A stretch of 64,000 bases of DNA from Haliotis rufescens. Taxonomy: Eukaryota. The stretch is taken from contig NW_025963913.1 of assembly GCF_023055435.1 (NCBI RefSeq), positions 62,001 through 126,000 on the forward strand. Reading direction: 5' to 3'. The stretch's first letter is position 1. Each line of letters starts with the position of its first letter. Shown in pieces: positions 39,473 to 52,295 of the stretch. The position numbers were made by a program, and so were the translations under genes. Under the pieces are notes generated by a model, which saw nothing but the letters and a program-made list of their open reading frames with translations, was not told where the DNA came from and ran no database searches.

Positions 39473-41180
39473 TTAGAAAAAGTCCCTGGTGCCAGATGAG
39501 AGACTGGAGCTGTACTCAGCCAGGAGAGCTTCCAGGTCCTCAAGAGTGTCCTGGGGCTCCTCCAGTCTCGCCTGCTTTACAACTTGGGACACCTCGCTGT
39601 TGTCATCTGGGCACTTCCTCTTGCGTGAAGGCAGGGGCTCCTTGCTGGGCTCAGATGTGGGTTTCTTCTTTTTCCTTAAAATGAGTTTGGTAAGATACAG
39701 ATATTCCACATCATATTCATCATCAGAGTTTGGCTCACATCTGTCCACTGACTTGGCAGAATGTACACTTAATGTTGCAGCAGTGACACCACCTGACTTA
39801 GGACTCTCTGGTGCTGAAACAACCTTATCCTTTACATTCTTAACAGGGACAGGGGATGTCTTGCAACCAGACTTTGGCTTTAAGTATGCACCATCAGCAG
39901 ACAACAACTGTTCAGCAAAACTCTTAGGTGAGGCCTTAATGATACTATTTCTACCCCCAGACTTAGTGATACGGTTCCCCAGGGGTCTGCTCTGGGTTTT
40001 GATGTGCTGAGCGCCAAGAGGCTGAGGCACAAAGTAGGGCTTGCTCTCTGGCTGATGCTTGATCATTTTCTCCTTCGGAATGCGAGGCGTTGGCTGAGGT
40101 TTTGGCCTGAACGTGCGGGGCTTGCGTTTGCAGGGCTTGAGCTCGAGTTTCTGCTTTTGATGGACATTGGGTTTGGGGTTGCTTGTTGTAGGCATGGGAG
40201 GAGTTTCAACATGGGCCATAGACTGGGGATGAGGAACTGGACTGGGTGGGTCAAGTTGGGGCAGAACACAGGAGAAGGCCTAATGGGCGATACAGTCATT
40301 GTATCATTTTTATATTTTATGATTACTTAAGTACAATGGAAGTATATCTCTACTATAAAAGCAAGTATAATTATCTTTTGAGTTACGTTTTATAAATCAT
40401 CAAAAGAACAAGAATACTCCTGCATACCTCTGGTCTTATCAGCTCCAGGTCTAGCACTGCACTGGGCAGGCTGACAGGCAGCTGGCAGACAGGCATCATC
40501 TCCCTACGTCTATTGCAAGATGGTGGCTGGACTGCAGGAGGCAAGGGGATAGCAGTCACAGATGACTGACCTCCAGGCTGAAGGAGTCTTGGCTGTAGGT
40601 AACCAGCATCCAGGGAGAGGTTAACAGGATTACCAGCAGGTATCCAGATAGTGTTGTTATCTATCAGACATCTGGTCCCATCTCCCAACACCACTGTTGG
40701 CAGCCCGGGGAGCAAGCGGGTCACAGGCACTGTAACAGTGAATAGTTTACTAAACTGCCTACAAGATAATTCGTCATTTCGTTAATAGTGAAAACCAATA
40801 TCTAACTGTTCATTAGATTTATGTCTTTTGAAAACAAGTTCAGCATGTCTGCAGGAATTCCAAGAAGTCGAAAATGTTGTGTATCATGTTCACGTTTTGT
40901 GACAGTACAACTAAAGTTCCCTAAAATGTTCAGGTTACCAATCACCATCTAAAGTTAATGTGAAACTCTACAATATAACACACTGGAAATTCCGAAAATT
41001 TGAATTGGTTATTGTGCAATTCTGTAATAGAAGATCTTCATACAGACAATGAAAATTGAATATGCGGTGCGGAAACATCAGCGTTTCATTGTTTGTATTG
41101 TAAACACATTAAAACAATCACATGTTACTTTGTCACTGGTCAAAATACAAATTTCAAATACCTGTCGTAGTGGGATTCAT
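39473..41180 (-). CDS. Array gene copy 5 (375 aa); complement(join(39473..40279,40428..40729,41162..41180))
   Basis: Same splice sites. In-frame 15-nt deletion (VLPST) in exon 3. Confidence 0.75.
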
Positions 41181-44100
41181 AGTTTTCTCCACCTCTTCAA
41201 GTCGTACACACTTTTAGAGTCGTATTTTGCACAATAAAACTGAGAACACTTCCAGTGATAGCTCTCAAAATGGCTGACACACAGGAAGGGCTAGCTGTTG
41301 TCATGACGCCGCTACTCTAGGCAAAACCACGCATGCGTCGACTTTATGCACAACTCGGCACTTCCGTCTGCCTTACATTGTGAATAAAGTTAGATCTACA
41401 TCAACACTTGGCAGCCATCTATACAGGGTTGAACATGGAGAAGAAACGTTGTGAAATGCGAAGGTCATTCCAAGGGAAGCTACTCTAGTAGAGTTTGCTA
41501 CTTAAAAAGAGTTACCGTGCTTGAATGAGGATTTTATGATCGCTTGAATGAATCATAAAAAAATACTTCATGTTTGCAATGAGAGTGAGTGAGTGAGTTA
41601 CTTGTGGGCCACCTGTGACCCCTTTACAATGTTAAAAAAAATACCCTGACACTACATCTGTTAAGGTTTAGGCAATTCATTACCATTGTATATAGTTATT
41701 AATAAGCAAATGACATGAACATATTATTTTCTCTCAGATTTAGGGTGTGTTCAAGATTGGAACTGCCACAATGGCTACTACAGGACTCAAACAGGAGTCA
41801 CCCGGAAATCCTTATCTTATGCACAATAATTCAATAGAAGGGAAGCCAACTAAGTCACTGTAACATAATTCTTTAACCTTCCCCTGGCAACAATGGTTAG
41901 TACAGAAATAAAAATCGCGCCAAGGCAAAGTTGCTCAACATGAGTATTCAAAGTGAGAAAGAAATAGAGGAGGAGGGGTAAAGGGAAGTCCATTGGTAGG
42001 ACGGAGGTAGGGGCAGGTGGGGGAAATGGGGATTATAAGAGGACAGGTGAGGGGGGTTACATTGGTAGGACGGAGGTAGGGGCAGACGGGGAAATGGAGG
42101 AGGAGAGGTGAAGGGAAGTACATTGTTAGGACGGGAGTAGGGGCAGGTGGGGAAATTGGGGACATTGGAGGAGGAGAGGGGAAGTACACTCGTAGGCCGG
42201 GGCTAGGGGCAGGTTGGGACATGGAGGATAGGTGAAGGGAAGTACATTGGTGGGTCGGAGGTAGGGGCAGGTGGGGAAATTGAGGACATCGGAGGTGGGG
42301 AGGTGAAGGGAAGTACATTGGTAGGTCGGAGGTAGGGGCAGTCGGAGAAATGGAGGAGGAGAGGTTCAGGGAAGTACATTGCTAGGACGGGGGTAGAGGC
42401 AGATCGGGAAATAGAGGACATTGGAGGGGGAGAGGGTAAGGGAAGTACATTGGTAGGTCGTAGGTTGGGGCAGATGGGGAAATTGAGGACATCGGAGGTG
42501 GAGAGGTGAAGTGAAGTACATTGGCAGGTCGGAGGTAGGGGCAGTCGGAGAAATGGAGGTGGAGAGGTTCAGGGAAGTACATTGTTAGGACGGGGGTAGA
42601 GGCAGGTGGGGAAATGGAGGACATTGGAGGAGGAGAGGGTAAGGGAAGTACAATGGTAGGTCGTAGGTTGGGGCAGGTGGGGAAATGGAGGACATTGGAG
42701 GAGAGGTGAAGGAAAGTACACTGGTAGGACGGAGGAAGGGGAAAGTTGGGAAATGGAGATCATTGAAGCAGGAGAGGTGAAGGGAAGCACACTGTTAAGA
42801 CGGGGTTAGGAGCAGGTGGGAAAATGGAGGACATCGGAGGAGACAGTAAGGGATGTAATTGGTGTGATGGACGTAGGAGCAAATGGGGGGAAAGGGGGAC
42901 ATGGGAGTATTTGTAGAGAAGGGAAGAGCGGTGGAAGGCCTGACGTAGGTGCAGGTTAGGAAACATAATGGGGTAGATACGTCACGGAGGGGTTGAGGGA
43001 AGTACAGTGGTTGGATGGAGGTAGGAGCAAGTGGGGAAAGCAGGAGCTGGTTGAGAAATAGGAGACATGGGAGCAGGAGAGGGGAAGAAAAAGAAAAAAA
43101 AAGTGGAGGGAAACAAAGGACATGAGCGAAAGAGACAGGGGAAGGGTTGGATGATACAGAGGCAGGATTAAAGGGGAAATGGAAATTATATAGGAGTAGG
43201 ACAGGGTAAGGGAAGTTTTATTGGAGAACGGAGGTCGGGGCTGGTGTGGAAATTGGGACATTAGAGTAGGAGAGAGGTGTTGTACTTTAAGGGACCGAAA
43301 CTGGAGGTAGAAACTGGTCTTGAATTGGTGACATGGGAGTAGCCAAGGTGAAGGAAACTATTGTGGAAATGGTGGGAAATTAGGGTCATGTGTTATGAGA
43401 GAGGATAGGTAGTAAAGTGGGAGGACGAAGATAAGAGAAATATTGATAGAAATTGAAATTCTGAGGTAGTTTACCATTGTCCAAAGAAGGTAAATGCGCC
43501 ATCATGATACTGGTTTCTGGTTCATCATTTCATTGTCTGGTTTGTTTACATGCCCCGTGGCATGGCAGGAGTACTGCTGTGTTGTGCCAGGAAACAAAGA
43601 CATACTTTCTTGTGCAAATTTGGGAGGTACTACCCGTAGTGCAGGAAATGTTTACCATTTTCGTGAACACCTGGTGTCATCAACTGATTTTCACCCTTCT
43701 GTTCATAAACTTTTAATGTCTATTTTGCCTTTACAAGCAATGGAATCTGCTTATTCAAAGGCAAGGCAAGGACGTTCAATAATTTACAGCAGTGTAAAAC
43801 CATACTCAATCCTTTAGGTTCTGTGTTACTTTAAGTTAAAGAAATTAAAAGGTAAATTGTGCTAGGTAATGACATTATTTCCATCATGTTATATTATAAA
43901 TTGGTCATAAAACCGTTTCGGATTTCATATGTCAGGAAAGGAAGTTTCATAGTTTTCATATTTTCATATGACACATTCTCTTAATAGCTGAGAGAACGGC
44001 TCTGGCAAATACATGAGCTGAAATTAAACTGTCACAATGCCACAAGTACATCTACATGAGGCAAATCTGTGTCCCACCCGTGTATTGCTCGTGAAGAAGT

Positions 44101-47100
44101 ATATGATATGACAAAATACATACTTGCTATATCAATGCATGTATCATCAGTGGTCATCAGAGTGACCCATCTTTTGTGTCCAGATCATGAAACATTTACC
44201 ATTCACCCGTGCTTGTCTATAGAATAAGTTAGTGACAATGGCAGCTAGTTGTGAAAAGTGATCTATGGAGGACCACCTGTGACATGCATATTCTATCAAC
44301 TTATGATCAGTGCTCATGAAAGTAACACCTTTTGGTTTCCATATTAGAAAACTTTTACCTGTCATCCATTCTTGTCTCAAGAATGTGTAGGTCAAATCAG
44401 CTCCTGGCTATGAATATTATATGATGAAGGACCACCTCTGACCTGGTTCGTTGTGTGTCATTGTGATTTATCTGGTCCAGACTGAAATATCTTACATGCC
44501 GCCACAATACAGCTGTAAGATTACGAACTACTTCAATCACTCACCCATTGGTTTGTTTACCATAACATGTTCCATGTGTGTATTTCTGCATTCAGAGAAA
44601 CAACTGAGGCTATAGAAGTATAATACCACTGTATCAGGTCTATTGGTTTGGAAAATGATACAGGTACTCACTCACATCTTACCAAGTATGTTCCACATTT
44701 GTTTTACTCGCATCAGAGAAATCCATTCTCACCTTGGCAGTCATACTAAAGCATTTCTGAGCTTTTGTCTGAGAAAATACAAAACCTCCGTCTCAATGGA
44801 CATATCGTATATTGTCCCTTGTCACTATATTGTGACAATATTGCAAGTGTGAAGTAGATTTAACTCAATGTCAGACACAGTAATTAAAACAATTGCTCAC
44901 ATGTTCTCTTAATATCTGGTGCTAAGTATATGACAAATAATCTAAGTGAAATTAAAATTTGATATTCCCCCTAATAAAAGCATTTTCAGTCTCGAGTGAT
45001 GCACAAACATCTCAAAGTAATATATGGTGTGGGTTAAAAGAGTGTGCCAACCCCCATTTGGTATGCTGATGCCCATATTTCAATGTTGAAAATTATATTT
45101 CGTCTTTTTTTTCTTGCAAGGAGTGACAATTTAATAACAGATTTATCTCTAAGCTAATGAGCTTACTTGGCCATGCATTGTATGTGAAATACCAGTTTAA
45201 TTTACTTGCATCAGCTATGAACACTGATATTACTCATGAATCACTAATGTGACAACTTATCGTTGCAATTTATGGCTCTCGTCAGGCATTGTTTGTGCAA
45301 CAATGAGGATTAAAATCACAGAATATATTGGTGGCTTTTCGTTGAAGATACAAGCTGATACTTCATGACCATTTACAACCTTGTTCATTTACAACAGTCA
45401 TACACACTGAGTGACATCACCAAGACAATGCTGTTAACTATCTATAATTGGTTACTGAGTCACTTTTGCGATGCTTAGCAATGTACTTTCACTCAAATTG
45501 TTCCTCTACTTTAACAAACCACACAACTCAACTTCAGTTGTTAAAATAAAACATAACTACTACTAAGACTGCAAAGTGATATTTTATTATGAAACCATTG
45601 TAGACATTAGTTAGAAACAAACACATGTTTTTCAGTTACATACTAAATAAACGGCCTCCAACCTCCCCTCACAGCCGCCCCTTTCCACACCTCACATACA
45701 CTTACAAAACTGTACAGTGACATGTTTCCACTGTATATTTTTCATTACTTGATAGTAGAGTGAATATTTAGATAATTCACAGTGAAAAAAACAGGAAAGA
45801 GTAGGATAGTAGAGACAACATTAAGATAAGAGATAATACAAGTCAGGAAACTGTTGTTTAGTAATGGGAACATTAAGATACTAGCTAGTACAAGACAGGA
45901 AAGAGTAGGATAGTAGAGACAACATTAAGGTAATAGCTAGTACAAGACAGGGAAGAGTAGGATAGTAGGGGAAACATATAAATGGTTCAAAACACAACGC
46001 TGGAGAGACTAGGATAGTAGAGAGTAGAACAGTAAGACAGTACATCGTACAAAACAGGAAGAGAAGGATATCAGAGACAACATTAAGATATTAGATAGTA
46101 CAAGACAGGAAACTGTAGTTTAGTAGAGGGAACATTAAGATAATAGCTAGTACAAGACAGGAAAGAGTAGGATAGTAGGGGAAACATATAGATGGTTCAA
46201 AATACAACACTGGAGAGACTAGGATAGTAGAGAGTAGAACAGTAAGACAGTACATCGTACAAAACAGGAAGAGAAGGATATCAGAGACAACATTAAGATA
46301 TTAGTACAAGGCAGGAAAGTAGAGGTAGATAGTAGATGGTAGATAGTACAAAGGTGGAGAGAATTGGATAGTAGAGAGGACATTAAGTAGGTAGCAGAAG
46401 GAAGGAAAGAGTATGATAGTAGAGAAAAGAAAATGAAATAGCAGACAGTACAAGTCAGGAGAGAGTAGGTTAGGAGAAACAATAAGATAGTAGATAGTAC
46501 AAGACAGGGAAGAGGATAGTAGAGGTAGATACTGATAGTAGATGGTAGATAGTACAAAGGTGGAAAGAATGGGATAGTAGAGAGGTCCCTACGATAGTAG
46601 GTAGTACGAGGAAGGAAAGAGGATGATAGTCATGGTGGTAGAGAGAATAAAATCAAATATAAGACAGCACACAGGAGGAAGGAGAAAGACAGGAGAGAGA
46701 GTAGGATAGGAGAGACAACGATAAGATAGTAGATAGTACAAGGCAGGAAAGAGTAGGATAATAGAGAGAAGAAAATTAAGATAGCAAATAGTACAAGACA
46801 GGAGATAGTAAGATAGTAAGATAGAGTAAGATAGGATAGTGTAGTGTAGGACTGCATTTAGGCTAGTGTAGGTCAGTTAGGATAGTGAATGACTGGAGAG
46901 TGCATATATGTTTGGCAGTACACAGTAGGGTAGTGTTGGACAGTAACTGAGAGGATAGTGTAGGTCAGTAGAGAGTAGGTTAGTGTAGGCCAATACAGTG
47001 CAGTGTAGGAGAGTATCCAGACAGGAAAGATAGTAGGATAGATTAGGTAAGTATAGAGTAGGGTAGTAGCGTATTACAGTAGAATAGTGTAGGATAGAAT

Positions 47101-47745
47101 AGGATAGTACAGAAGAGGGCAGAGTACGTCAGTACATGGTTGGGTGGTTTAGGACAGTATAAAGTAAAGAAGAGAATGACAGTGCACGGTAGAGTAGGAG
47201 TGAGTGAGTGAGTGTGTATGGTTTTCCGGAGCTTTCAGAAATATTCCAGCAATATCACGGCGGGAGACAACCAGAAATGGGCTTCAGACACTGTACCCAT
47301 GTCAGGATTCAAACCCACGTTTTCGGTGTCACAAGCAAAAGCTTTAACCACTAGGCTACCCGACTGCCCCAGGGTAGTGTAGGAAAGTATGTAGCAGAGT
47401 AGTATATGAAAGTACATAGTAGACTGACTCGAGTAGTGTATAACATTACATGGTAGTGTAGATTAGGCCAGTACATGGTAGGGTAAGGTAGTACAGTACA
47501 TAGTAGAGTAGCATAGGAGTTGTGTGTGACAGTGCACGGTAGAGTAGTGTCAGATAGTACATAGCAGACTAGTGTAGGATAGTACATAGCACAGAAGTGT
47601 AGCACAGTAGATGGTAGTGTAGAGCACAACAGTACAAAGTAGTACAAAAACAATGACTGTTAGCGAAAGACGTGAAAATCATGTATAAACCTCAACCTAA
47701 CTATACACCAATCTATACCTACCTGTTCCCTGCCCCTTACACTGT

Positions 47746-49461
47746 TTAGAAAAAGTCCCTGGTGCCAGATGAGAGACTGGAGCTGTACTCAGCCAGGAGA
47801 GCTTCCAGGTCCTCAAGAGTGTCCTGGGGCTCCTCCAGTCTCGCCTGCTTTACAGCTTGGGACACCTCGCTGTTGTCATCTGGGCACTTCCTCTTGCGTG
47901 AAGGCAGGGGCTCCTTGCTGGGCTCAGATGTGGGTTTCTTCTTTTTCCTTAAAATGAGTTTGGTAAGATACAGATATTCCACATCATATTCATCATCAGA
48001 GTTTGGCTCACATCTGTCCACTGACTTGGCAGAATGTACACTTAATGTTGCAGCAGTGACACCACCTGACTTAGGACTCTCTGGTGCTGAAACAACCTTA
48101 TCCTTTACATTCTTAACAGGGACAGGGGATGTCTTGCAACCTGTACTGGGCAAGACAGACTTTGGCTTTAAGTATGCACCATCAGCAGACAACAACTGTT
48201 CAGCAAAACTCTTAGGTGAGGCCTTAATGATACTATTTCTACCCCCAGACTTAGTGATACGGTTCCCCAGGGGTCTGCTCTGGGTTTTGATGTGCTGAGC
48301 GCCAAGAGGCTGAGGCACAAAGTAGGGCTTGCTCTCTGGCTGATGCTTGATCATTTTCTCCTTCGGAATGCGAGGCGTTGGCTGAGGTTTTGGCCTGAAC
48401 GTGCGGGGCTTGCGTTTGCAGGGCTTGAGCTCGAGTTTCTGCTTTTGATGGACATTGGGTTTGGGGTTGCTTGTTGTAGGCATGGGAGGAGTTTCAACAT
48501 GGGCCATAGACTGGGGATGAGGAACTGGACTGGGTGGGTCAAGTTGGGGCAGAACACAGGAGAAGGCCTAATGGGCGATACAGTCATTGTATCATTTTTA
48601 TATTTCATGATTACTTAAGTACAATGGAAGTATATCTCTACTATAAAAGCAAGTATAATTATCTTTTGAGTTACGTTTTATAAATCATCAAAAGAACAAG
48701 AATACTCCTGCATACCTCTGGTCTTATCAGCTCCAGGTCTAGCACTGCACTGGGCAGGCTGACAGGCAGCTGGCAGACAGGCATCATCTCCCTACGTCTA
48801 TTGCAAGATGGTGGCTGGACTGCAGGAGGCAAGGGGATAGCAGTCACAGATGACTGACCTCCAGGCTGAAGGAGTCTTGGCTGTAGGTAACCAGCATCCA
48901 GGGAGAGGTTAACAGGATTACCAGCAGGTATCCAGATAGTGTTGTTATCTATCAGACATCTGGTCCCATCTCCCAACACCACTGTTGGCAGCCCGGGGAG
49001 CAAGCGGGTCACAGGCACTGTAACAGTGAATAGTTTCCTAAACTGCCTACAAGATAATTCGCCATTTCAATAATAGTGAGAACCAATATCTAACTGTTCA
49101 TTAGACTTATGTCTTTTGAAAACAAGATCAGCGTGTCTGCAGGAATTCCACAAAGTCGAAAATGTTGTGTATCATGTTCACGTCTTGTGACAGTACAACT
49201 AAAATTCCCTAAAATGTTCAGGTAACCAATCACCATCTAAAGTTATTGTGAAACTCTACAATATAACACACTGGAAATTCCGAAAATTGAAATTGGTTAT
49301 TGTGCAACTCTTACTCTGTAATATAAGACCTTCATACAGTCAATGCGGTCCGGAAACATCAGCGTTTCATTGTTTGCTTTGTAAACACATTGAAACAATC
49401 ACATGTTACTTTGTCATTGGTCAAAATACAAATTTCAAATACCTGTCGTAGTGGGATTCAT
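47746..49461 (-). CDS. Array gene copy 6 (380 aa); complement(join(47746..48567,48716..49017,49443..49461))
   Basis: Same splice sites. Exon 1 and its donor are unchanged although they sit in the diverged terminal unit. Confidence 0.75.
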
Positions 49462-50018
49462 AGTTTTCTCCACCTCTTCAAGTCGTACGCACTTGTAGAG
49501 TCGTATTTTGCACAATAATACTGTGATCACTTCCAGTGAAATCTCTCAAAATGGCTGACACACAGGAAGGGCTAGCTGTTGTCATGACGCCGCTACTCTA
49601 GGCAAAACCACGCATGCGTCGACCTTATGCATAACCCGGCACTTCCATCTGCCTTACATTGTAAATATAGACAGATCTACATCAACACTTGGTAGCCATC
49701 TCCAGGTTGAACATTGAGAACAAACGTTGTGAAATGTGAAGGTCATTCCAAGGGAAGCTACTCTAGTAGAGGTTAATACTTAAAAGGGGTTACCGTGCTT
49801 GAATGAGGATTTTATGCACGCTTGAATGAATCATTAAAAATACTTCATTTTTGCAATGAGAGTGAGTGAGTGAGTGAGTTACTTGTGGGCCACCTGTGCC
49901 CCCTTCACAATGTTAAATAAAATACCCTGACACTACATATGTTAAGGTTTAGGCAGTTCATTACCATTGTATATAGTAATTGATAAACAGATTACGTCAA
50001 CGTATTACTTTCTCTCAG

Positions 50019-50235
50019 CTTGAGGGCGTGTTCAAGATCGGAACTGTCACAATGGCTACTACAGGAATCAAACAGGAGACATCTGAAAATTCTTATCCTA
50101 TGCAAAATAATTCAATAGAAGGGAAGCCAGTTAAGTCACTGCAACATAATTCATTAACCCCTTCCCTTGGCAACAATGGTTATTATAGGAATAATCATAA
50201 CGCCAAGGCACAGTTGCTCAACTGGAATATTTAAA
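50019..50235 (+). pseudogene. Diverged version of the partner exon: MATTGIKQETSENSYPMQNNSIEGKPVKSLQHNSLTPSLGNNGYYRNNHNAKAQLLNWNI*
   Basis: Acceptor ctttctctcag|, ATG at 50052, and TAA at 50232-50234 one base before the donor a|gtaag. The array copies have CAA at this codon. Confidence 0.4.
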
Positions 50236-50429
50236 GTAAGAAAGATAGTGATGTAGAGCAAAATCGTTGCCATAAAGTAAGAAATGTGAGGCTGGAAATT
50301 AAACTGGTTGTATATGCAAATATTTTATTCAAAGACGACAAGGAAGTATATTGGTAAGCCGGAGGTTGGGACAGGGCTGTGGGAAATGTTGGACATTGTA
50401 GCAGGTGAAGAAGTGGGAACAAAAATGGG

Positions 50430-51520
50430 GAAATGGAAGTGGAGAGGTGAAGGGAAGTACATTGGTAGGACGGACTTAGGGGCAGGTGGGGAAATTGAGG
50501 ACATCGGGGTTGGAGAGATGAAGGGAAGTACATTGGTAGGACGGACTTAGGGGCAGGTGGGGAAATGGAAGTGGAGAGGTCAAGGGAAGTACATTGGTAG
50601 GACGGACTTAGGGGCAGGTGGGGAAATGGAGGAAGAGAGGTGAAGGGAAGTATATTGGTAGGACGGAGGATGGGGCAGGTCGGGAAATGGAAGAGGAGAG
50701 GTGAGGGGAAGTACATTGGTAGGACGGACTTAGGGGCAGGTGGGGAAATGGAGGAAGAGAGGTGAAGGGAAGTATATTGGTAGGACGGACTTAGGGGCAG
50801 ATGGAGGAAGAGAGGTGAAGGGAAGTATATTGGTAGGACGGAGGTAGGGGCTGGTGGGGAAACGGAAGAGGAGAGTAGAAGGGAAGTATATTGGTAGGAC
50901 AGAGGTAGTGGCTGGTCGGGAAATGGAAGAGGAGAGGTGAGGGGAAGTCCATTGGTAGGACGGACTTAGGGGCAGGTGGAGAAATGGAGGAAGAGAGGTG
51001 AAGGGAAGTATATTGGTAGGACGGAGGATGGGACAGGTCGGGAAATGGAAGAGGAGAGGTGAGGGGAAGTACATTGGTAGGACGGACTTAGGGGCAGGTG
51101 GAGAAATGGAGGAAGAGAGGTGAAGGGAAGTATATTGGTAGGACGGAGGATGGGGCAGGTAGGGAAATGGAAGAGGAGAGGTGAGGGGAAGTACATTGGT
51201 AGGACGGACTTATGGGCAGGTGGGGAAATGGAGGAAGAGAGGTGAAGGGAAGTGAAATGGTAGGACGGAGGTTGGGGCAGGTAGGGAAATGGAAGAGGAG
51301 AGGTGAAGGGAAGTACATTGGTAGGACGGGCTTAGGGGCAGGTGGGGAAATGGAAGAGGAGAGGTGAAGGGAGGTACATTGGTAAGACGGGGGTAGGGGC
51401 AGGTGGGGAATGGAGGACATTGGAGGAGGAGAGGTGACGAGAAGTACATTGGTAAGACGGGGGTAGGAACAGGTGTGGAAATGAAGGACATTGGAGGAGA
51501 CAGTAAGGGAAGTAATTTGT
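50430..51520. repeat. G-rich 61-bp minisatellite with a 122-bp dimeric higher-order structure (terminal unit)
   Basis: Alternating monomers ...GGACTTAGGGGCAGGTGG... and ...GGAGGATGGGGCAGGTCGG.... Antisense ORFs recur at a 122-nt offset. Confidence 0.88.
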
Positions 51521-52161
51521 GTGACGGATGTAGGAGCAGATGGGGAAAAAGGGGAACATGGGTGTATTTGTTGAGAAGGGAAGTGCAGCGGAAGGCCTGA
51601 ATTAAATGCAGATGGGGAAACGAGACGGGGGATATAGGACACGGAGAGGAGGAGGGAAGTACAATTGTGAGATGGAGGTAGGACAAAGTTGGGAAGTTGG
51701 GGAGCTGGTTGAGAAATATGAGACACAGGAGCAGGAGAGGGAAATGGCATGGCAGGAGTACTGCTGTGATGTGCCAGGAAACAAAGACATACTTTCTTAT
51801 ACAAATTTTGCAGATGCTATTTGGTTCATGGCTATTTTGCCTTTACAAGCAATGGAATCTGCTTATTCTCTGGCAAGGACGTTTAATAATTTACAGCAGT
51901 GTAAAACCATACTCAATCCTCAGTTTCTGTGTTACGTTTAGTTCAAGAAATGAAAAGGTAAATTGTGCTTGGGAACGACATTATTTCCATCGTGTTGTGT
52001 CATTAATTGGTCATAAAACCGTTTCGGATTTCATATGTCATAAAAGGAATATATTCTTGCTATATCAATTCATGTGTCGTCAGTACTCATCAGAGTGACC
52101 CACCTTGTTTGTCCAGATCATAAAACAGTTACCATTCACCCACGCTTGTCTTAAGAATGTG

Positions 52162-52295
52162 TTATCCCAATTGCGTGGACCGATGCTTATGATGTCAATC
52201 ACTGGATTGTCTGGTCCAGACTCGATTATTTACAGATCGCCGTAGCTAGAATATTGTGGAGTGCTTAATTAAACCACAAACAAACAAACAAACAC
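52162..52295 (+). mobile_element. 3' fragment of an abundant SINE-like element with (AAAC)n tail, at the array edge
   Basis: ATCACTGGATTGTCTGGTCCAGACTCGATTATTTACAGA core, shared with the copies at 55382, 57752, 58078 and 62531. Confidence 0.75.

Larger units (their letters stand above)
1..52160. repeat. Gene-bearing tandem macrosatellite with a unit of about 8.4 kb: six full units plus a diverged partial terminal unit, open at the left window edge
   Basis: GGGAGCAAGCGGGTCACAGGCAC recurs at 1, 8438, 16874, 25062, 32671, 40708 and 48996, giving unit lengths 8437, 8436, 8188, 7609, 8037 and 8288. The ORF track repeats with the same period. Recognisable homology fades near 52160. Confidence 0.98.

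Noticed and set aside
1-48995. Array as an rDNA, histone, snRNA or tandem transposon cluster
   Set aside because: I recognised no rRNA, 5S, U-snRNA, histone, transposase or RT sequence. A covariance-model (Rfam) scan would be needed to exclude divergent small RNAs.
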